A DNA stretch of 64,000 nucleotides, taken from the NCBI RefSeq assembly GCF_009914755.1, contig NC_060937.1; one strand, written 5' to 3'. Positions within the stretch are counted from its first letter, which is position 1. Each line of letters begins with the position of its first letter. The position numbers and the translations under genes were made by a program. The DNA is from the human T2T-CHM13v2.0 reference genome, Homo sapiens. The notes under the pieces are model-generated. The model was given only the letters and a program-made list of their open reading frames with translations. It made no database searches and had not been told where the DNA came from. Positions 43,600-63,700 of this stretch are shown piece after piece.

Positions 43600-46500
43600 G
43601 AATGGAGTCAGAGTGGTAGCATATTTCTCTAAAACAATCTTGAAAGATTCTGATTTCTCTAGGAGATCTCTCCAGCAAGATTTGTGGGGCTTAGCATTCT
43701 GTGTTCTCCCAACATCTTTCATCACTAAAACTCTGGAGGAGAAAAAAATATCAGGAAGATTCCAAGTACTTGCCGCTCTCTGGGTGAGAATAACTACCTT
43801 GAGGAACATGAAGAAGACATCTTTCGCAGTATTTTTTCTACAGTTTTGGAGGGCAGGGCGTGGGTCTAGAGTTACCTCAAACTTGAAAGTGAGAATTGAA
43901 CCATGCTTCTGACAGCACCACCTAAAGGAAGTGAGGTGTTGTAACTTGGTTACTTGGCATTTGGTATTTGTCTCTGTTTGTTCCATAAAAAGTTTTGGAA
44001 GTGTTGGTAGATGTAGCTAACATTTGGTCTACTGCTATAAAGGATGTCGAGACCTCCAGTCAGATTTGTGGTTTTCCATTACCTGGGTACCACAGGAAGT
44101 CCTCACCTGAGGGGACTACTTACAGGATGACTTTTGTCCTTCACAAGATGCATCCTCACATCCCCTCATTGCCTTCAGCCCACTAGTTAAGGTCCATTAT
44201 CTGCAAAACCCCAGAGAAGGAAATGAAGTCCCATTGCAAAGGCAGTTGATGAAAGCTCTTCACCAAGTATTTGATGACTGGTTTACTCATCAGGAGTTGA
44301 AGGGCCTAATTCTTACCAGGAGAAGTCAGAGAAACACATAGGGGGCGGATCTTGAGAGTTTTGGGTCAGGAGGTTTGGGTATTATACATAAGATTGACTA
44401 GGGAAGGTCTACTGACTCTATCCTATAATTCACTGTCCTCAAAAGGACAATTGTGCCTATCCTAATAATGCTGGTCAGAGGTTTCTTGAAGCTTGGATAA
44501 GATGACAGCCTTATCATCTTTCCCTGGGGGAAAGATGCCATATTTGCCATGGCATGGTATTGAGGAAGGAGTCAGACAGTCCAGGGAGGTTTTATTATGC
44601 AAGACCAGAGACCCTGATCTTGTTCCCTGTGAGGCCAAGAGGACATGCCCTTTATACAAAAACAAGAAACTCACTGGTGAGGGGCCACCAGCATTGTTGG
44701 GAATCTCACTAGTGATTGTCTTCCGTGGTCTATGGTTCACAGTAGAAAATGCTGCCACAGAACTGACCTCTCTAATATTACTGAAGATGAAGATATTTTG
44801 GAGTAGCAGAGGCCAAGTCGCAGCATTTGCCATCAAAGTGAATATGACTACCACAAAGTGAATATGACTACCATATGGCAGCAAGGCCAACGTGCCAGCC
44901 AGGGTCCTGTACACGTAGGGCATTTCTAGAAGAAAGATGGGTGAGTACCCACTGTGAATATTTCTTGACTTGTGTAACCAGAAAAAATATTAAGAGAAGG
45001 TAAGCTGAAATCTGATGTCTGCTGCCAAAAAGAAAAATGATAATCCCTCACCTAGCTCCCAGATTTGAGTCAGTTCTCGGGCCCCTGGCCTAGTGATTGA
45101 AGGGGAGGCCGGGACCCCTTGAAAAAAAAACCCTGCAGTGCCACAAACCTTCCCCCAAAGGGACCTGTGTAACTTTACACTAAGAAAATGGAAATATACA
45201 GATTTTTCAGGGTATACAGGGTCTAACCTTACAATGACATCAGCAGAACCTGAAATGCCACGATGACAGCTAGTTAGAATGGGCTATTATGGAGGCAGGT
45301 GATAAATGGAGTTCTTGTCAAGGCAGGCTCAGCAGTGATGATGAGGGTGTTAGGGCTCACCCTGTCTTTGCTTCCTCAGTTCCAGTGTGCTCAATTGGAA
45401 AGGATAGACTGAGCAGCTGGTAGAGCCCTCACGTTTTGTTTCCTGACCTGTGAAATAAGAACCAGGAAGGAAGAAACAAATGGAAACCCAGAAAGTGCCC
45501 ATTCCCACCAAAGATAGAAAATCAAAGCGATACCCTATTCCAGTGGAATGGCTGAGATCGATGCCACTCCCAAGAACTTAGCAAATGCAGGGGTGGTCAT
45601 CCTCATCATATCCCCATTCAATCCATCTACATGGTCTCTGCAAAAAACAGATGGATTTTCGTGAATAACAGCAGACTACCGGAACGTTATCTAAGTTGCG
45701 TCCCAATTGTATGTAGCTACCTAATTGGATGTGGTATCTTTACTGGAACAGAGCAGCACAGCCTTTGGTTCCTGGGTTGTGGCTATCCATCTGGCAAACA
45801 AGTCAACTTCCAACCTCCTCAGGAAGGATGGTCAAGATCAGTTCTGTCTCATTAAGAAAGGATTTGAGTACACATTCACTGTCTTTCCCCAAGGCTATAT
45901 GTATTCTCTTTCTCTCTGTCACCTTGACATATTATGCTGGTATACTATGTTGTTGACATTATGCTAATTGGACTTGGTGAACAGAAAGTGGCCGGTACTC
46001 TGGATGTCATAGTAAAACACATGAAGGTGAAACATAAATCATTTACAGTATCAAAGTCCTGCCATATTGATGAAGATTTTAGGAGTCCCATGGTTTGCAG
46101 CATCCTAAGGTAAACAATTACCCCTATGAAAAGTTATATGGTTTGGTGGGTGACTTTGGATTTTAGGAGGCAGCCAATATTGCACTTGAGATTATTTCTT
46201 TGACTCATTTCTTGGGTCATTAGAAGTCTACCAGTTTTGAGTGGAACCCAAAGCATAAGAAAACTGAAGAAATTCTAGGCTTCAGGACAACATACTCTGC
46301 TGTTGAGGCCATATAATTCAACAGATCCAACAGTGCTCGGGGTATCCATGGTAGGAAAGGATGCTATAGGAAATCTTGGACAAACCCTAATAGATTTGCA
46401 GTACAGAATGGGTAGGGTTCTGGAGAAAGGCATGTCTACTCCATTCAAGAGACTATTTATTGTTTAATTACTCACTACTCAAAAAAACAGCTTCTGATGT

Positions 46501-47360
46501 GATAAGGGGTCAAGAGAGATCAAGCACCTGAAAGTGGGACATCAAGTGATTATATGATAGGAGTTTCCTATTACGAGCTGGACATTGTCAGATCCAACAA
46601 GGTGGTAAGGTATGATGGAAATGGTATATTCAGGACCAGATCTGAGCAAGTCCAGAGGGTATAGGGTGGCCCAGGGCTCCATGTCACCTACCTCTGCTGT
46701 CCTGACATGTCTCTCAGCTCACATCTATAAATATGGGGGCAGGAGTGAGGGAACTCTATGATTCACTGATGAAGGAGGAACAACACAGCTCATTCCTGGT
46801 TCATGGATAGATTGGTTCAGATACTCAATGCTGCCTGAGAATGGGCAGCTGTCAACACTACCACCCAACTCAGTGGTGGCCCTAAAGGACAGTGATGAGG
46901 GGAAACCCTCCTAGAGGGTAGAGCTGTGAGCAGTATTCTTGTTTGTCCACTTTGTATGCCAGAAGTGGTATGAGATAAGGATATATATGGACTTCCATGT
47001 AGTGGCAAATAACTTGGCTGGTCTTGGTCTGGGGTTTAGAAGGGGCAAGTTTAGATGATCAGAGACAAAGTGGTCTGGGAAGAAGCATGTAGATGAACTG
47101 TTGAAAGTGGCCACAAAATGTGCAGATCTTTGTGTCTCACATCATTGCCACTAGAGAAGATTTGGCACAGACAGGACACTCACTAAGCAGGTAGACGGAG
47201 GAACCGGCTAACTGGCTGGTAGATGTCAGTCATCTCTGTCCCCAGCCACCCCAATTCTTGTACAATAGATCCTTGAGTGGAGAGTGGCCATAGTGACAGG
47301 GAAGGCCATTATTCAAGGCCTCATCCGTCATCCAGCATGCACTCCTTTTCACCAAGACAG
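43600..47360 (+). mobile_element. Old ERVL-class internal region (decayed gag/pro/pol)
   Basis: Remnant RT motifs (SPFN, YTFTVFPQGY at about 45868-45900, Y..DIML) and RNase H-like text (tggacttccatgtagtggcaaataacttggctgg). Many stops. Confidence 0.7.
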
Positions 47361-47551
47361 TTGGTAAATTTATTATTTATTTATTACCAAATAAATAAAT
47401 GTATTAGATCTAAAAAATCTATTAGATAGATAAATGTATTAGATACAGGATTTTAGAGCTGACAATGTGAGGTATAATATATAAAAGCTTAGAAAAGCGT
47501 AGGGAGACATCTGTCTTTTTCCTTTGCATTGACAGCATGTGCTTGCATCAG

Positions 47552-47554
<3 letters not shown>

Positions 47555-47588
<34 letters not shown>
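47555..47588. repeat. (TG)n microsatellite
   Basis: Directly visible. Confidence 0.95.
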
Positions 47589-47589
<1 letters not shown>

Positions 47590-47639
47590 ACTGTAGAAAG
47601 AAATCACTACATCCAGACTGTGCTATAGTATTTTTTCTC

Positions 47640-48452
<813 letters not shown>

Positions 48453-48479
48453 TTTATATAAAATATTTCACACTATTCT

Positions 48480-50930
<2,451 letters not shown>

Positions 50931-51184
50931 TCACACTATTTTTTAATGTTCACCTCTGGTTCCCCTTTGTCACAGAACCTTCCCAAATGACCCATACAGC
51001 AGGCCCCTTTTTCTGAATGTCCATAAAATTCATCTTCTGTAACCTTCATTTGACACATCTTTTACGTCATCCTGTATTGTTCCTAAGTCAAATGTGAAGT
51101 CTGAAAGGTGTGAACCACATCTCGCCATCTGGGAGTAGACAGCATGAGCAGAGGAGAAAGACAGGGTCAGAAGCCAAAAGGCTG

Positions 51185-51320
51185 ATGAGTTAATGGGTGC
51201 AGCACACCAACATGGCACATGTATACATATGCCATACAAACCTGCACGTTGTGCACATGTACCCTAAAACTTAAAGTATAATAATAATAAAATAAAAGAA
51301 AAATACGGAAAAAAAAAAAA
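51185..51320 (+). mobile_element. Very short 5'-truncated young L1PA 3' end
   Basis: gagttaatgggtgcagcacaccaacatggcacatg...ccctaaaacttaaagtataataat plus poly-A. Perfect 16-bp TSD agaagccaaaaggctg (51169-51184 and 51321-51336). Confidence 0.93.
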
Positions 51321-52012
51321 AGAAGCCAAAAGGCTGCACTTCAGTCCCACCCAACTGGGAGACATCAGGCAAGTTCCTGAACTTCCATGACCTTCATTTT
51401 CTCCACAAAATGGGGTAAATCCACAACTCTAAACCTAGCCATTATAAAAATAAAAAGCAACATAACAGTAAAAACAACTCAATTAAAAATGGACAAAGAA
51501 CTTAAATAGACATCTCTCCAAAGATGATATACAAATGGCCGATAAGCACATGAAAAGATGCTCAACATCGCCAATCATTAGGGAAATGCAAATGAAAACT
51601 ACAATGAGATACCTTTTCACACCCATTAGAATGACTATTATGGAAAAAAAAAGAACCAGAAAGAAAACCCAGAAAATAACAAGTGTGGACAAGGACGTGG
51701 AGAAATTGGAACACTTTCACATTGCTGGTGGGTATGTAAAATAGTAAAATGATGAAGCTACTGTAGAAAAAAAGTTACAGCAATTCCTCAAAAAAATTAA
51801 ACATGGAATTACTGTATGATCCAGCAGTCCCACTTCTGGAAATTATCTCCCGAAATTGAAAGCAGGATCTCAGGCAGATCCTTTTACACTCATGTTCATA
51901 GTAGCAGTATTCACAATAGGCAAAAGATGGAAGCAACCCAAGTGTTCATCAACCGATGATGAATAAACAAAATGTGGCCTAGCCATAGAATGGAATATTA
52001 CTGAGCCTTTAA

Positions 52013-55064
<3,052 letters not shown>

Positions 55065-56536
55065 AAAAGGACAAATGCTTCGTGATTTCACTTATATGAG
55101 GCACCTAAAGTAGTGAAATTCATAGAGACAGAAAGTAGAATGTTGGTTGTCGGGAGCTGGGGGCAGTGGGGAATAGGGAGATATTGTTTAATGAGGGCAG
55201 AGTTTCAGTTGGGGAAGATAAAAATGTTCTAAAGATGGATGGTGTGGATGGTAGTGATGGCTGTGCCATACATAATGTGAAAGTACTTAATGTTCTTGAA
55301 CTGTGCACTTAAAATGGTTAAATGGTAAATTTTATGTTATGTATATTTTGCTGCAAAAACCCACTTATACAATATAAGGTGACATTATTCCTGATATTTT
55401 CTTACCTCTCCCCCTCATACACCCACCCCTACTGCTGTGCATATTCCAGATTTTGATAAACACTTGCTAAACCAATGCTGTCCTCACAGAACATACCCTC
55501 CTCTCCTCTTCCTCCCCTGCCCATCTGCATAGACATGTGTAGTTGGCCAGCTTACCTGAATAGATCTTTTAAATCAAACCAGTCTAAATATTTTTAATGT
55601 GACAAAACATAAAAAGGGATGGAGAAAGCAAGGGAGAGACAGGTGTGCCTCGTGCATTCATGGATTTGTATTTATACTCCAATGATCTTGTTATTTTTAA
55701 AGTCTGCTAAAGCTGTTTCCACCTGCAGGTTTCTTTTGGTGCCCTAAATCTGTGTGTGCATTCTCCATATGCTTGGAGTCAGCATACATGAGCTGTTTGT
55801 CCCCCAGCTGGCTTTTTGCAGTGGAAGAGGCGCAAACAGAATCCGCAGCACGTAGGACAGGGAGCCTGAAATCCCACGCCGCGCAGCACTCAGTGTGTGC
55901 AGGAGCTGAGGGAAGCAATAAGACCTAATAACCTCACCCATTCTCCTGATTGCTTTCTTCTCCTCACAAAGGAGCCACATCAGCAGCTCTGGTGACCCTC
56001 AGGGAAATCTCTGCTTGTTATGAGGTTGGTGGGCCATCCTTTCATCACTGTGAAATGCTGGCAGTTTGTGTCAACAAGTCGAATTTCAGTCAATCAATAG
56101 GCACCCTGCCTCTCAGCTCGGCAGAGCTGCACAGCTGGCCTTCCTTCCCTCCCATCCGCTGCCCATGCCCTGGAGCCCTGGCAGCAAGAGCCACTGCTGC
56201 TCGTGGGGTGGGAGAATGCCCAGGCAGCCAGGTCAGACTGGATGTGGCAGACAGCAATTGACAAGGCTGGTTCCACCACCAGAGAGTCACAGCCCACTGG
56301 AAACACACCATGTTGTACAGGGTGGAAGCGCCAGCTTTGTGCAGATGGACTTGGGTACAGGTCTGATTCTGCCACTTTGGGCTGTATGGCCTTGAACTTC
56401 AAGGCAAGTTCTTCACCTCTTTGAACTCTAGCTTCCTTAGTTATAAAGCAGGGATGCTACTGCTGCCTGCTACAGGATTGTTAGGAAAAGTGTTATAATG
56501 CATGCAGAGTGCTTTGTCCAGTCCCTGGCACACAGT

Positions 56537-56556
56537 AGAGAGAGAGAGAGAGAGAG

Positions 56557-56587
<31 letters not shown>
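56537..56587. repeat. Compound (AG)n(TG)n microsatellite
   Basis: Directly visible. Confidence 0.95.
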
Positions 56588-56591
<4 letters not shown>

Positions 56592-58818
56592 CACTGTGAT
56601 CTGCCAAGTCTTACAAGCCAAATAGGGCAATAAATGGCAACTACTGTGGATTTTACAATCATCATTAGCATCATCATCATTATTATTGTCATGTTGAGTG
56701 TTGCACAGAAAACAGCCTGGAACCAGCCTACATGGTTCTATCAATGCAGGATGAGAACATTTAGCCTCCAGTTCATGAAGGTTCACTAAGCAGAGATGTA
56801 CACTGGATAATCACCAGCATGTACAAAAAATAAATACTATAGTATCTTCATCAGAGGGCTGCCATCAGCCTCAGGAGGGCATTCCCAGGTAGAAGTACCT
56901 CAGGAGGTTTGTTCTGTTGCCTGGCCCAACATCCTATAGGGAAAGAGCCCAATAGTGGCTCCTTGAAATTTCTGCATTCCCTGGAAGCCAGAAAAAGCAA
57001 AGACCTCCTGGCAATTGAGTTCTCTTGCTTGTAGGGGAGATCACAGCTTCGTAGATAGACGGCTGTTTCCCTTTGGGTGATAGAGGTCCCTGCTGGGCAA
57101 CAAAGAATTAAACACAAATCTATTTCTTGCCAGTAGTTGTCACACCTAATAGATTGGGATGAGATACCACTGCATTAGTGTGTGAATTTCCCCAGATGAA
57201 GGCAGCAGCAAAGCCCTTTAGAACAAGCCACAGAAGGACAGAAACAAACTAATCAGGGAATGCACAGCTTCACACAAGATCCAGGGGCTTCTGACATGGG
57301 AGGAACAGAAAATTTTTTACTAACTAACCAAGGATGCAAGCGTTCCCCCAGCAAGAAATGGTTAGAAGTATCTTGGAGTGCATTTTGTGGTCGCTGTTAC
57401 TGCTGCTGCTGTTTTGTATAATTGGGAAGGAAAAGAGAATAATTAGAGGTGAAATTTTCAGACACAGAATGCCCTAGTATTTGACTTTCCGCTCTGAGGC
57501 AGGCACTGTGAGAAGCCCTTCCACATTTATTATTTCATTGCATTTGTCATAATAACCCTGCATGGCAGGAATATTTACCCTTTTTGTCCAATGTGGATAC
57601 TGAGGCCCAGATAGAACTCAAAAAGCTCTGGGACCTGGCATAGACCAGGTGCTAGGTAACAAGAGATTGGCAGAGCCTTGCCCAAGGTCACAAATCAAGA
57701 GGAGAGATTCAAATGCAGATCCTAAAACTCCAGACCACCCCTCTTTGCTCTCTTCCTACCTGCTTGCTCAGTGCAGGAGACTGGGTGGGCCCTGAGCCAG
57801 GATGGGTTTAGACTCATGGAAGAAAATTCCATGGGGGAAAAATGTTTTTTTCCATGAGAATCTGCTCTCAAATAGCAGCCACACTTCTCCATACAGCCCA
57901 GAGACAGATCCTTCTAACATTCAAGCTAGTCTTAGGTCTTTGGGGGAGAGATTCAAAGATTCTGAATTAAAAAAAAAAAAAATTAGACCCCCAGAACAGT
58001 AGAATACGATTCATGTCTGTTATGAATTACAGTTGGGTCTTTATCGTGCAGCAAGGGGTCCTCAATGGTGCCTACATCCTTTCTGAAATTGATCTTATTG
58101 GGATAACATGGCCAAAAAGGAAAACAAAAGCAAATAGTCATGCGTGTTTGGAAGATCTAGGACCGAGACATGCAAGTGTGATGGGAAGGTTCACTGCTCT
58201 TGGAAATTTAATTGCTGGATGGAAACAGACATAGAAATCTGGATTCCAACCAGACTTGAGCTCCATGCTAGCATATCAGACTGCCTGCTGGAATCCCTGT
58301 GTGGATGTCTCAAAGGCAGATAAAACTCAACATGCCTAAAAGCAAATGAATTGTTTCATGCTGCACCAGGCTCACCACCACAAAAGGGGAAATCAGCTGC
58401 ATTCTCGACTTTAGTTGGTGACATCATCATCCCCCTAAGCCTTTCAAATGAGACACTTGGGATTCTCCCTCGGTTTTCCCTCTTCCTTATTCCTCCTGCC
58501 AATGTGCTGTTCAGTTCTCCTCTTCCCACCATCACTGTCCCTTTGTATCTATCTTCTACCTATCTTTATACATCAATCCTTAACCAGACTCTCTGATTGC
58601 AATCTCACTCTCCTCTACCCATCACTGGTTTCAGAGAGATTTTTCTGAAATCCAAATTTGACCTTGGCACTCCTTGCTTACCACCTTCAATCACCCACCA
58701 ACATTGATGGTTTTAAAGCCCAAACTCTTTAGCATCATATGAAAACCACGTAATTTTCAGAGATGAATGCATTGTGCCTGCCTGGGAAGTACATGCAGTC
58801 TTGTTAACTAAGCACTGT

Positions 58819-59925
58819 TGTGATGGTTCATTTTACATGTCAACTTGGCAAGGTCATGTGTGTTCATTTGCTGTGGCTGCCACATAAAATACCACAGACT
58901 TGGTGGCTTAAACAACAGAAATTTATTTTCTCACAGTTCTGGAGGCTGGAAGTCCAAGATCAAGGTGCTGGCAGGGTTGGTGTCTCCAAAGGCCTCTCTC
59001 CTGGGCTTGCCACCTTCTTGCTTCCCCTTCCATCATATTGTCCTTTTGTGCACATGCATCCCAGTGCCTCTGTGTGTATCTTAATTGTTTTTTCTTTTTT
59101 TTTTTTTTTTTTGAGACAGAGTCTTGCTCTGTTGCCCAGGCTGGAGTGCAGTGGCGTGATGTCCGCTCACTGCAAGCTCCGCCTCCCAGGTTCACGCCAT
59201 TCTCCCACCTCAGCTTCCTGAGTAGCTGGGACTACAGGTGTCCACCACCAGGCCCAGCTAATTTTTTTGTATTTTTAGTAGAGACGGGGTTTCACCGTGT
59301 TAGCCAGGATGGTCTTGATCTCCTGACCTCGTGATCTGCCCGCCTCGGCCTCTCAAAGTGCTGGGATTACAGGCATGAGCCACTATAGCTGGCCCACTTA
59401 ATTCTTCTTTTACAACCCTATCTCCAAATGCAGTCGTATTCTGAGTTATTGGGGTTTCGGGCTTCAACATGTGAATTTGGGGGAGACAAAACTTAGTCCA
59501 TAACAGCCATGGCAACCAGATTTTGCTCAATCGTGAATCTAGATGTTGCTGTGAAGATTTTTTTTATGTGATTAACATTTAAATCAGTAAACTTTGAGTA
59601 AAGCAAATGACCCTTCATAATGTGGGTGGGCCTCATTCAATCAGTAAAAGGCTTTAAGAGAAAAGACTGAGGTCCCCTGAAGAAGTGGGAATTCTGCCTC
59701 CAAATTGCCTTCAGACTTGAGCTGCAACATCAGCTCTTCTGTGGGTCTGCAGATTTTGAACTTGCCAGCCCCACAATCACATGATCCACTTTCTTAACTC
59801 TCTCTCTCTCTGTGTGTGTATCTGTGTGTGTGTGTATGTGTATACATAGCATATACATAACATATACATACATAAACATATGTATTTCCTGTTGGTCCTG
59901 CTTCTTTGACTAGCCTTGACTAACA
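58819..59925. mobile_element. Nested repeats: MLT2 LTR (+) interrupted by an MLT1 LTR (-, about 58859-59505), itself interrupted by AluY (-, about 59088-59394)
   Basis: The MLT2 start tgtgatggttcattttacatgtcaacttgg resumes after the MLT1 (flanks gtcatg/gccatg). Alu consensus lies within the MLT1. Confidence 0.8.
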
Positions 59926-60329
59926 GAACCATCAGACCCAGGCTACTCCATCCTGTGGCTCCACAATCCATAATATGTTAACTCTGGGTCAGAGCTGGCT
60001 GCTTGGGCACCAGACAGGGTAGCTCCATTCCAGACAGCTGGAGAGAGGAAGGGACCTAAAAAGACATATTCCCTTATTTTAGGGACACTTCCTGGAAGTA
60101 GAACATGACCATCCCATTGGCCAGAACTTAGTCACATCTAGTTGCAAGGGAATTGCGAACATAGTCATGATTCCAGAAACATGCGCCCAGCTAAAAATCA
60201 GGAGGTTTTACATCATGGTAGAAAGGGGGAACAGACATGGCGCTACAGCAGGAGACAGTATCTGCTACAAATACCAAACGAAGGGCGCTGGCAATGAGCA
60301 TTTTAGAGGTTAAGGGGAGATTTAATGCG

Positions 60330-60760
60330 GGCAGGGTCCGGCAGAGAGGGCTGCACAGTGCAAGGGGACCGGGGCTGACTTTGAAGGAAGGGCTACTCCG
60401 CCCAATTACGAGAACACGTGAGCACCCTTGCCCCAGAGTGAGCATCAACACCGTGATCACGGTTATCACGTGGGAGGTCTGCCCAGGATCCCGGCAGTGA
60501 GGCTGCCCTGGAGGCAGGCTTGCTCCGCCACAGGCGCGCAGGCAACAGCAGCGGAGCCGAGAATGGCGAGGCCAGCGGGCGACCAGGCCTCCGGCCAAGG
60601 GCACGCGACCCCCCGCGCTTCCCGCGTGCTCCCCTGAAGCCTGGTACGCGTGGGCACCGGCGCACGGCGGTGCCCCGGAAACGCAGCCATCGCCTCAGGG
60701 CAGCCACTCACCGATGCGGTAATGCCCCAACGGGGCGTTTCATTGGCCAGCTCTCTTTCA
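60330..60760. promoter_or_regulatory. Small CpG island with promoter/enhancer-type motifs
   Basis: CpG-rich, with two CACGTG E-boxes (about 60415 and 60467), a GC/CCAAT motif (ccgcccaat), an ETS-like ccggaa and attgg. Confidence 0.6.
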
Positions 60761-63700
60761 GGCTCCAACTATTTCTTAGATTTTTTTTTTTTTTAAGGAA
60801 TTGCAAATAGGCCTAAACAAAATCCAGATGCGAGGGAAGGGATGCCTGAACACAGATGGGTGGGAGAACACGCCCCGAGGTGCTGCTTTGGCAGAGAAGC
60901 CCTGTCTGCGAGCCCCGAGGCGGAGATGGCTCCCCAAGCCTGATGCAGACAAGAGAGCCCGCCCCTCCCCTGTCCCGCACCTGCTGAACTTTGGGGTCAG
61001 CAGAGGAATGTCCCCCGCTGTTAATGTTTTGTTTTTACTGTTTTACAATTCACATTTCGTGCTGCAGGGTGTACCGTGAAGCTACAACAGGGACAGACAG
61101 GTTTGTAGGAAGCGGCATTTCCCAAAAGCAACCTCTGAACCTTTTATTCCCGGAGCACATCACAGGTCCAGCGTTCCATAGAACACACCCTAGAAAAACG
61201 CTCCTGTGGAGGATCCGTCCCGCCAGGATCCCCAGCTGGTCAGGAATGCTGGGAGGGCCTCCTCACTCGGGCTATTCTCCCTCCCACACATTCATCTGAG
61301 GGGACAGGCTCTGGTTAGTTAGAAAATTGTAACATAGCAAGGTAGGAGCAGCAGCCCCTTGTCACCTTAGGCTCCAACTGAGGGTGGGAGGTGGGAGGTG
61401 GGGTTGGGCGGTTTGGGGATGGGAAACCTGGCTCTGCCTCCCTTCCTCCCATTTGCACCACAGAGCTGGATCCCAGGTGGCCAGATCCCCTGCAACCGAC
61501 AATGATTGAGGACCTTCTCAGCGCCAGCTCTTTAGGTGCTGGAGACATATTCTGCACTGAAGGTGCTCCCTGAAAGGACTAAGAAACAGAGAAAGAAGCA
61601 GGTCATTGCAATACAGTGTGCTGGGTACAAGAGTCGAGGCGTAATGTCAGATATGAGAGTGACTCAAGGGAATGATCTTGTTTGGGGGAGGTGGGCAAGC
61701 AGGAGGAGCTGTGGCAGAAGGCGATCAGAGAGGATAAAGACAAAGGTATGTGTTCGAGATTGTCAAATGAAAGCCATGCACAGTCCAGGGGCTTCAGGAA
61801 TATTCTCATCTCAGGGAATCGGATCTGGAATCTGGGAATCAGGCTCTTGTTCTCCTGGGATAAGAGCGAGCCTGGGAGTAAAATGAATCACCAGTGCTCC
61901 TGGAGAGGCGTGGGAATCCTGGGCTGGTGCAGGCCCTCCCTGCTATTAATACTGCAGCTCCCAGATTCTGCTTGAAACCATAGAGAGAGCTTTGGTCAGA
62001 GGCCAGCAAGCCCCTCAGCCCCAAGCAGGAGTAGGCAAAATGCATGGTAGTGGCCCAGGAGCCTGGGGTGTCAGTGGTGCGGTAGTGTCTTTGTAGTGGT
62101 GGCACAGGGCTGAAGTGGTAAGAGGCTGGGAACAAGATGAAGCAGACAAGGTGAAAGGGGATGAAACAGGAGGAAAAGAGAGAGAAGGAGAGGGCAGTCT
62201 GCTGCAGTCCCAGTGCCCTGGGGATCAGTAACTTTGCATCCTGGCCCTAGCCCCGCTTATTACTGCCTGTGTGACGTTGGGCCAGTCATCTGTGCTCTGG
62301 GCCAGCTCCCTTAGCTATAGAATGAGGTGCGGAGAGAAGCTGTGATCTCTACAGCCCCCTCTTCCTCAAGTGGCATGAACACTCTCTTTTTCTGGAAGGT
62401 CCCTTACCAACTGCTGGCAACCACTGCGAAGAGCAGTGGGCAGGTGGGTGCAGATGGCAGTGGTGCTGATGAGGGGTTGGGGGTGCTGGCACCTCAGGAT
62501 AACTCAAAAGCGGTGCAGGCTGAAGCCCTTCCTCCCTCCTTCCTTCTACCTCCTGCCTGCTGAGCCCCCCAGGACCCAGCAGCTAATGTAATCGTCTCCT
62601 GGAATGCCCCATAATGGCCCTGCAGCAGTTTCTGCAGGCTCCGCCTCTCTGCAGGCAGCAGTCTGCGAGTTCAGAGGAAAATGAGCTCCCTGCTCTCGGG
62701 AAGGTGAAGTCAGCCTAGGACAGCGGCAGGACTGCAGCTCCCTCTGGACAAGGGGCCTGTGCAGCAGACCTCACCAGGTACCTTTCCCCACAGAACCTAC
62801 ACAGAAGCACAAGGTCCTTTGCTCCTTCTTTGATAAGGTGTCCTCTCTCGTGGTTGATTTCAAACTGTGTTGAGCTAAGAACCCTTTCTTTAAATGAAAG
62901 GTGTTATGGAAGCCTAAACAACACATTATTCAATAACGATTTCTTGAAATAAGTGTGTGTCAAATGCAGTGTCGAGAACTGGGTACCTGGTGGTAACCCA
63001 AACAGACTTTATCTCTGCCTTCATAGAGCTTGCTTTAGTGGGCAAATACAGCCATAAATGAGTAAATATTTACTAACTCTTCATTATGGTCAGTGTCGTG
63101 AAGGAAAAAAATGTGGGATGGCCTTTCGGTTGCATTATTAGGAACGATTTCCAGGTCAGGAAGTGATGCTTCTGCACCCAGCAGTACCTGTCAGTGTGAA
63201 ATCTGGGGTGGAGACCAGGTCAGAGCTTTGGATGGCTGATGACACCCAGGAGGAAGAGGCAGCCTCTACACGCAGGTGGGACAGTGAGCCCCTGCCTTGT
63301 GGTCTGTGCTGAGCTTCCCCACAATGCAAGCCAAGGCATCAGCTCCCACCCACACCCCAAGGGACCTGCAGGAAACCAGGCTGCATTTCAACAACAAGCA
63401 GAAAGCACAGAGCTTTACACACAATCTAAATACATCAACCATTTGAAGATGCTAAACTCCATACAAGAGCATCACCAGACTCCACAAAAGAAAAAACTTA
63501 TAACTGAGGAAACCGAGCTAATAGTCAAATCAGAACAGAAACTTATAATCTGTATACTTCGTATTTTGGAGAGATGTGGGTGGGTATCTATATGTCAAAT
63601 GAGAGGAGATCATTACAATCAAGAGCTGGCAATTATGAAAAGAAACAGTGAAATTCCTGGGAGTGAAAAATATCAGTATTCAAAAATCTTTCTGGCTATA

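Noticed and set aside
44834-44873. 20-bp perfect tandem duplication caaagtgaatatgactacca
   Set aside because: An ordinary slippage event inside a dead ERVL.
60191-61299. Several overlapping ORFs of about 100-137 aa
   Set aside because: Expected in GC-rich CpG-island DNA; no recognisable domain.
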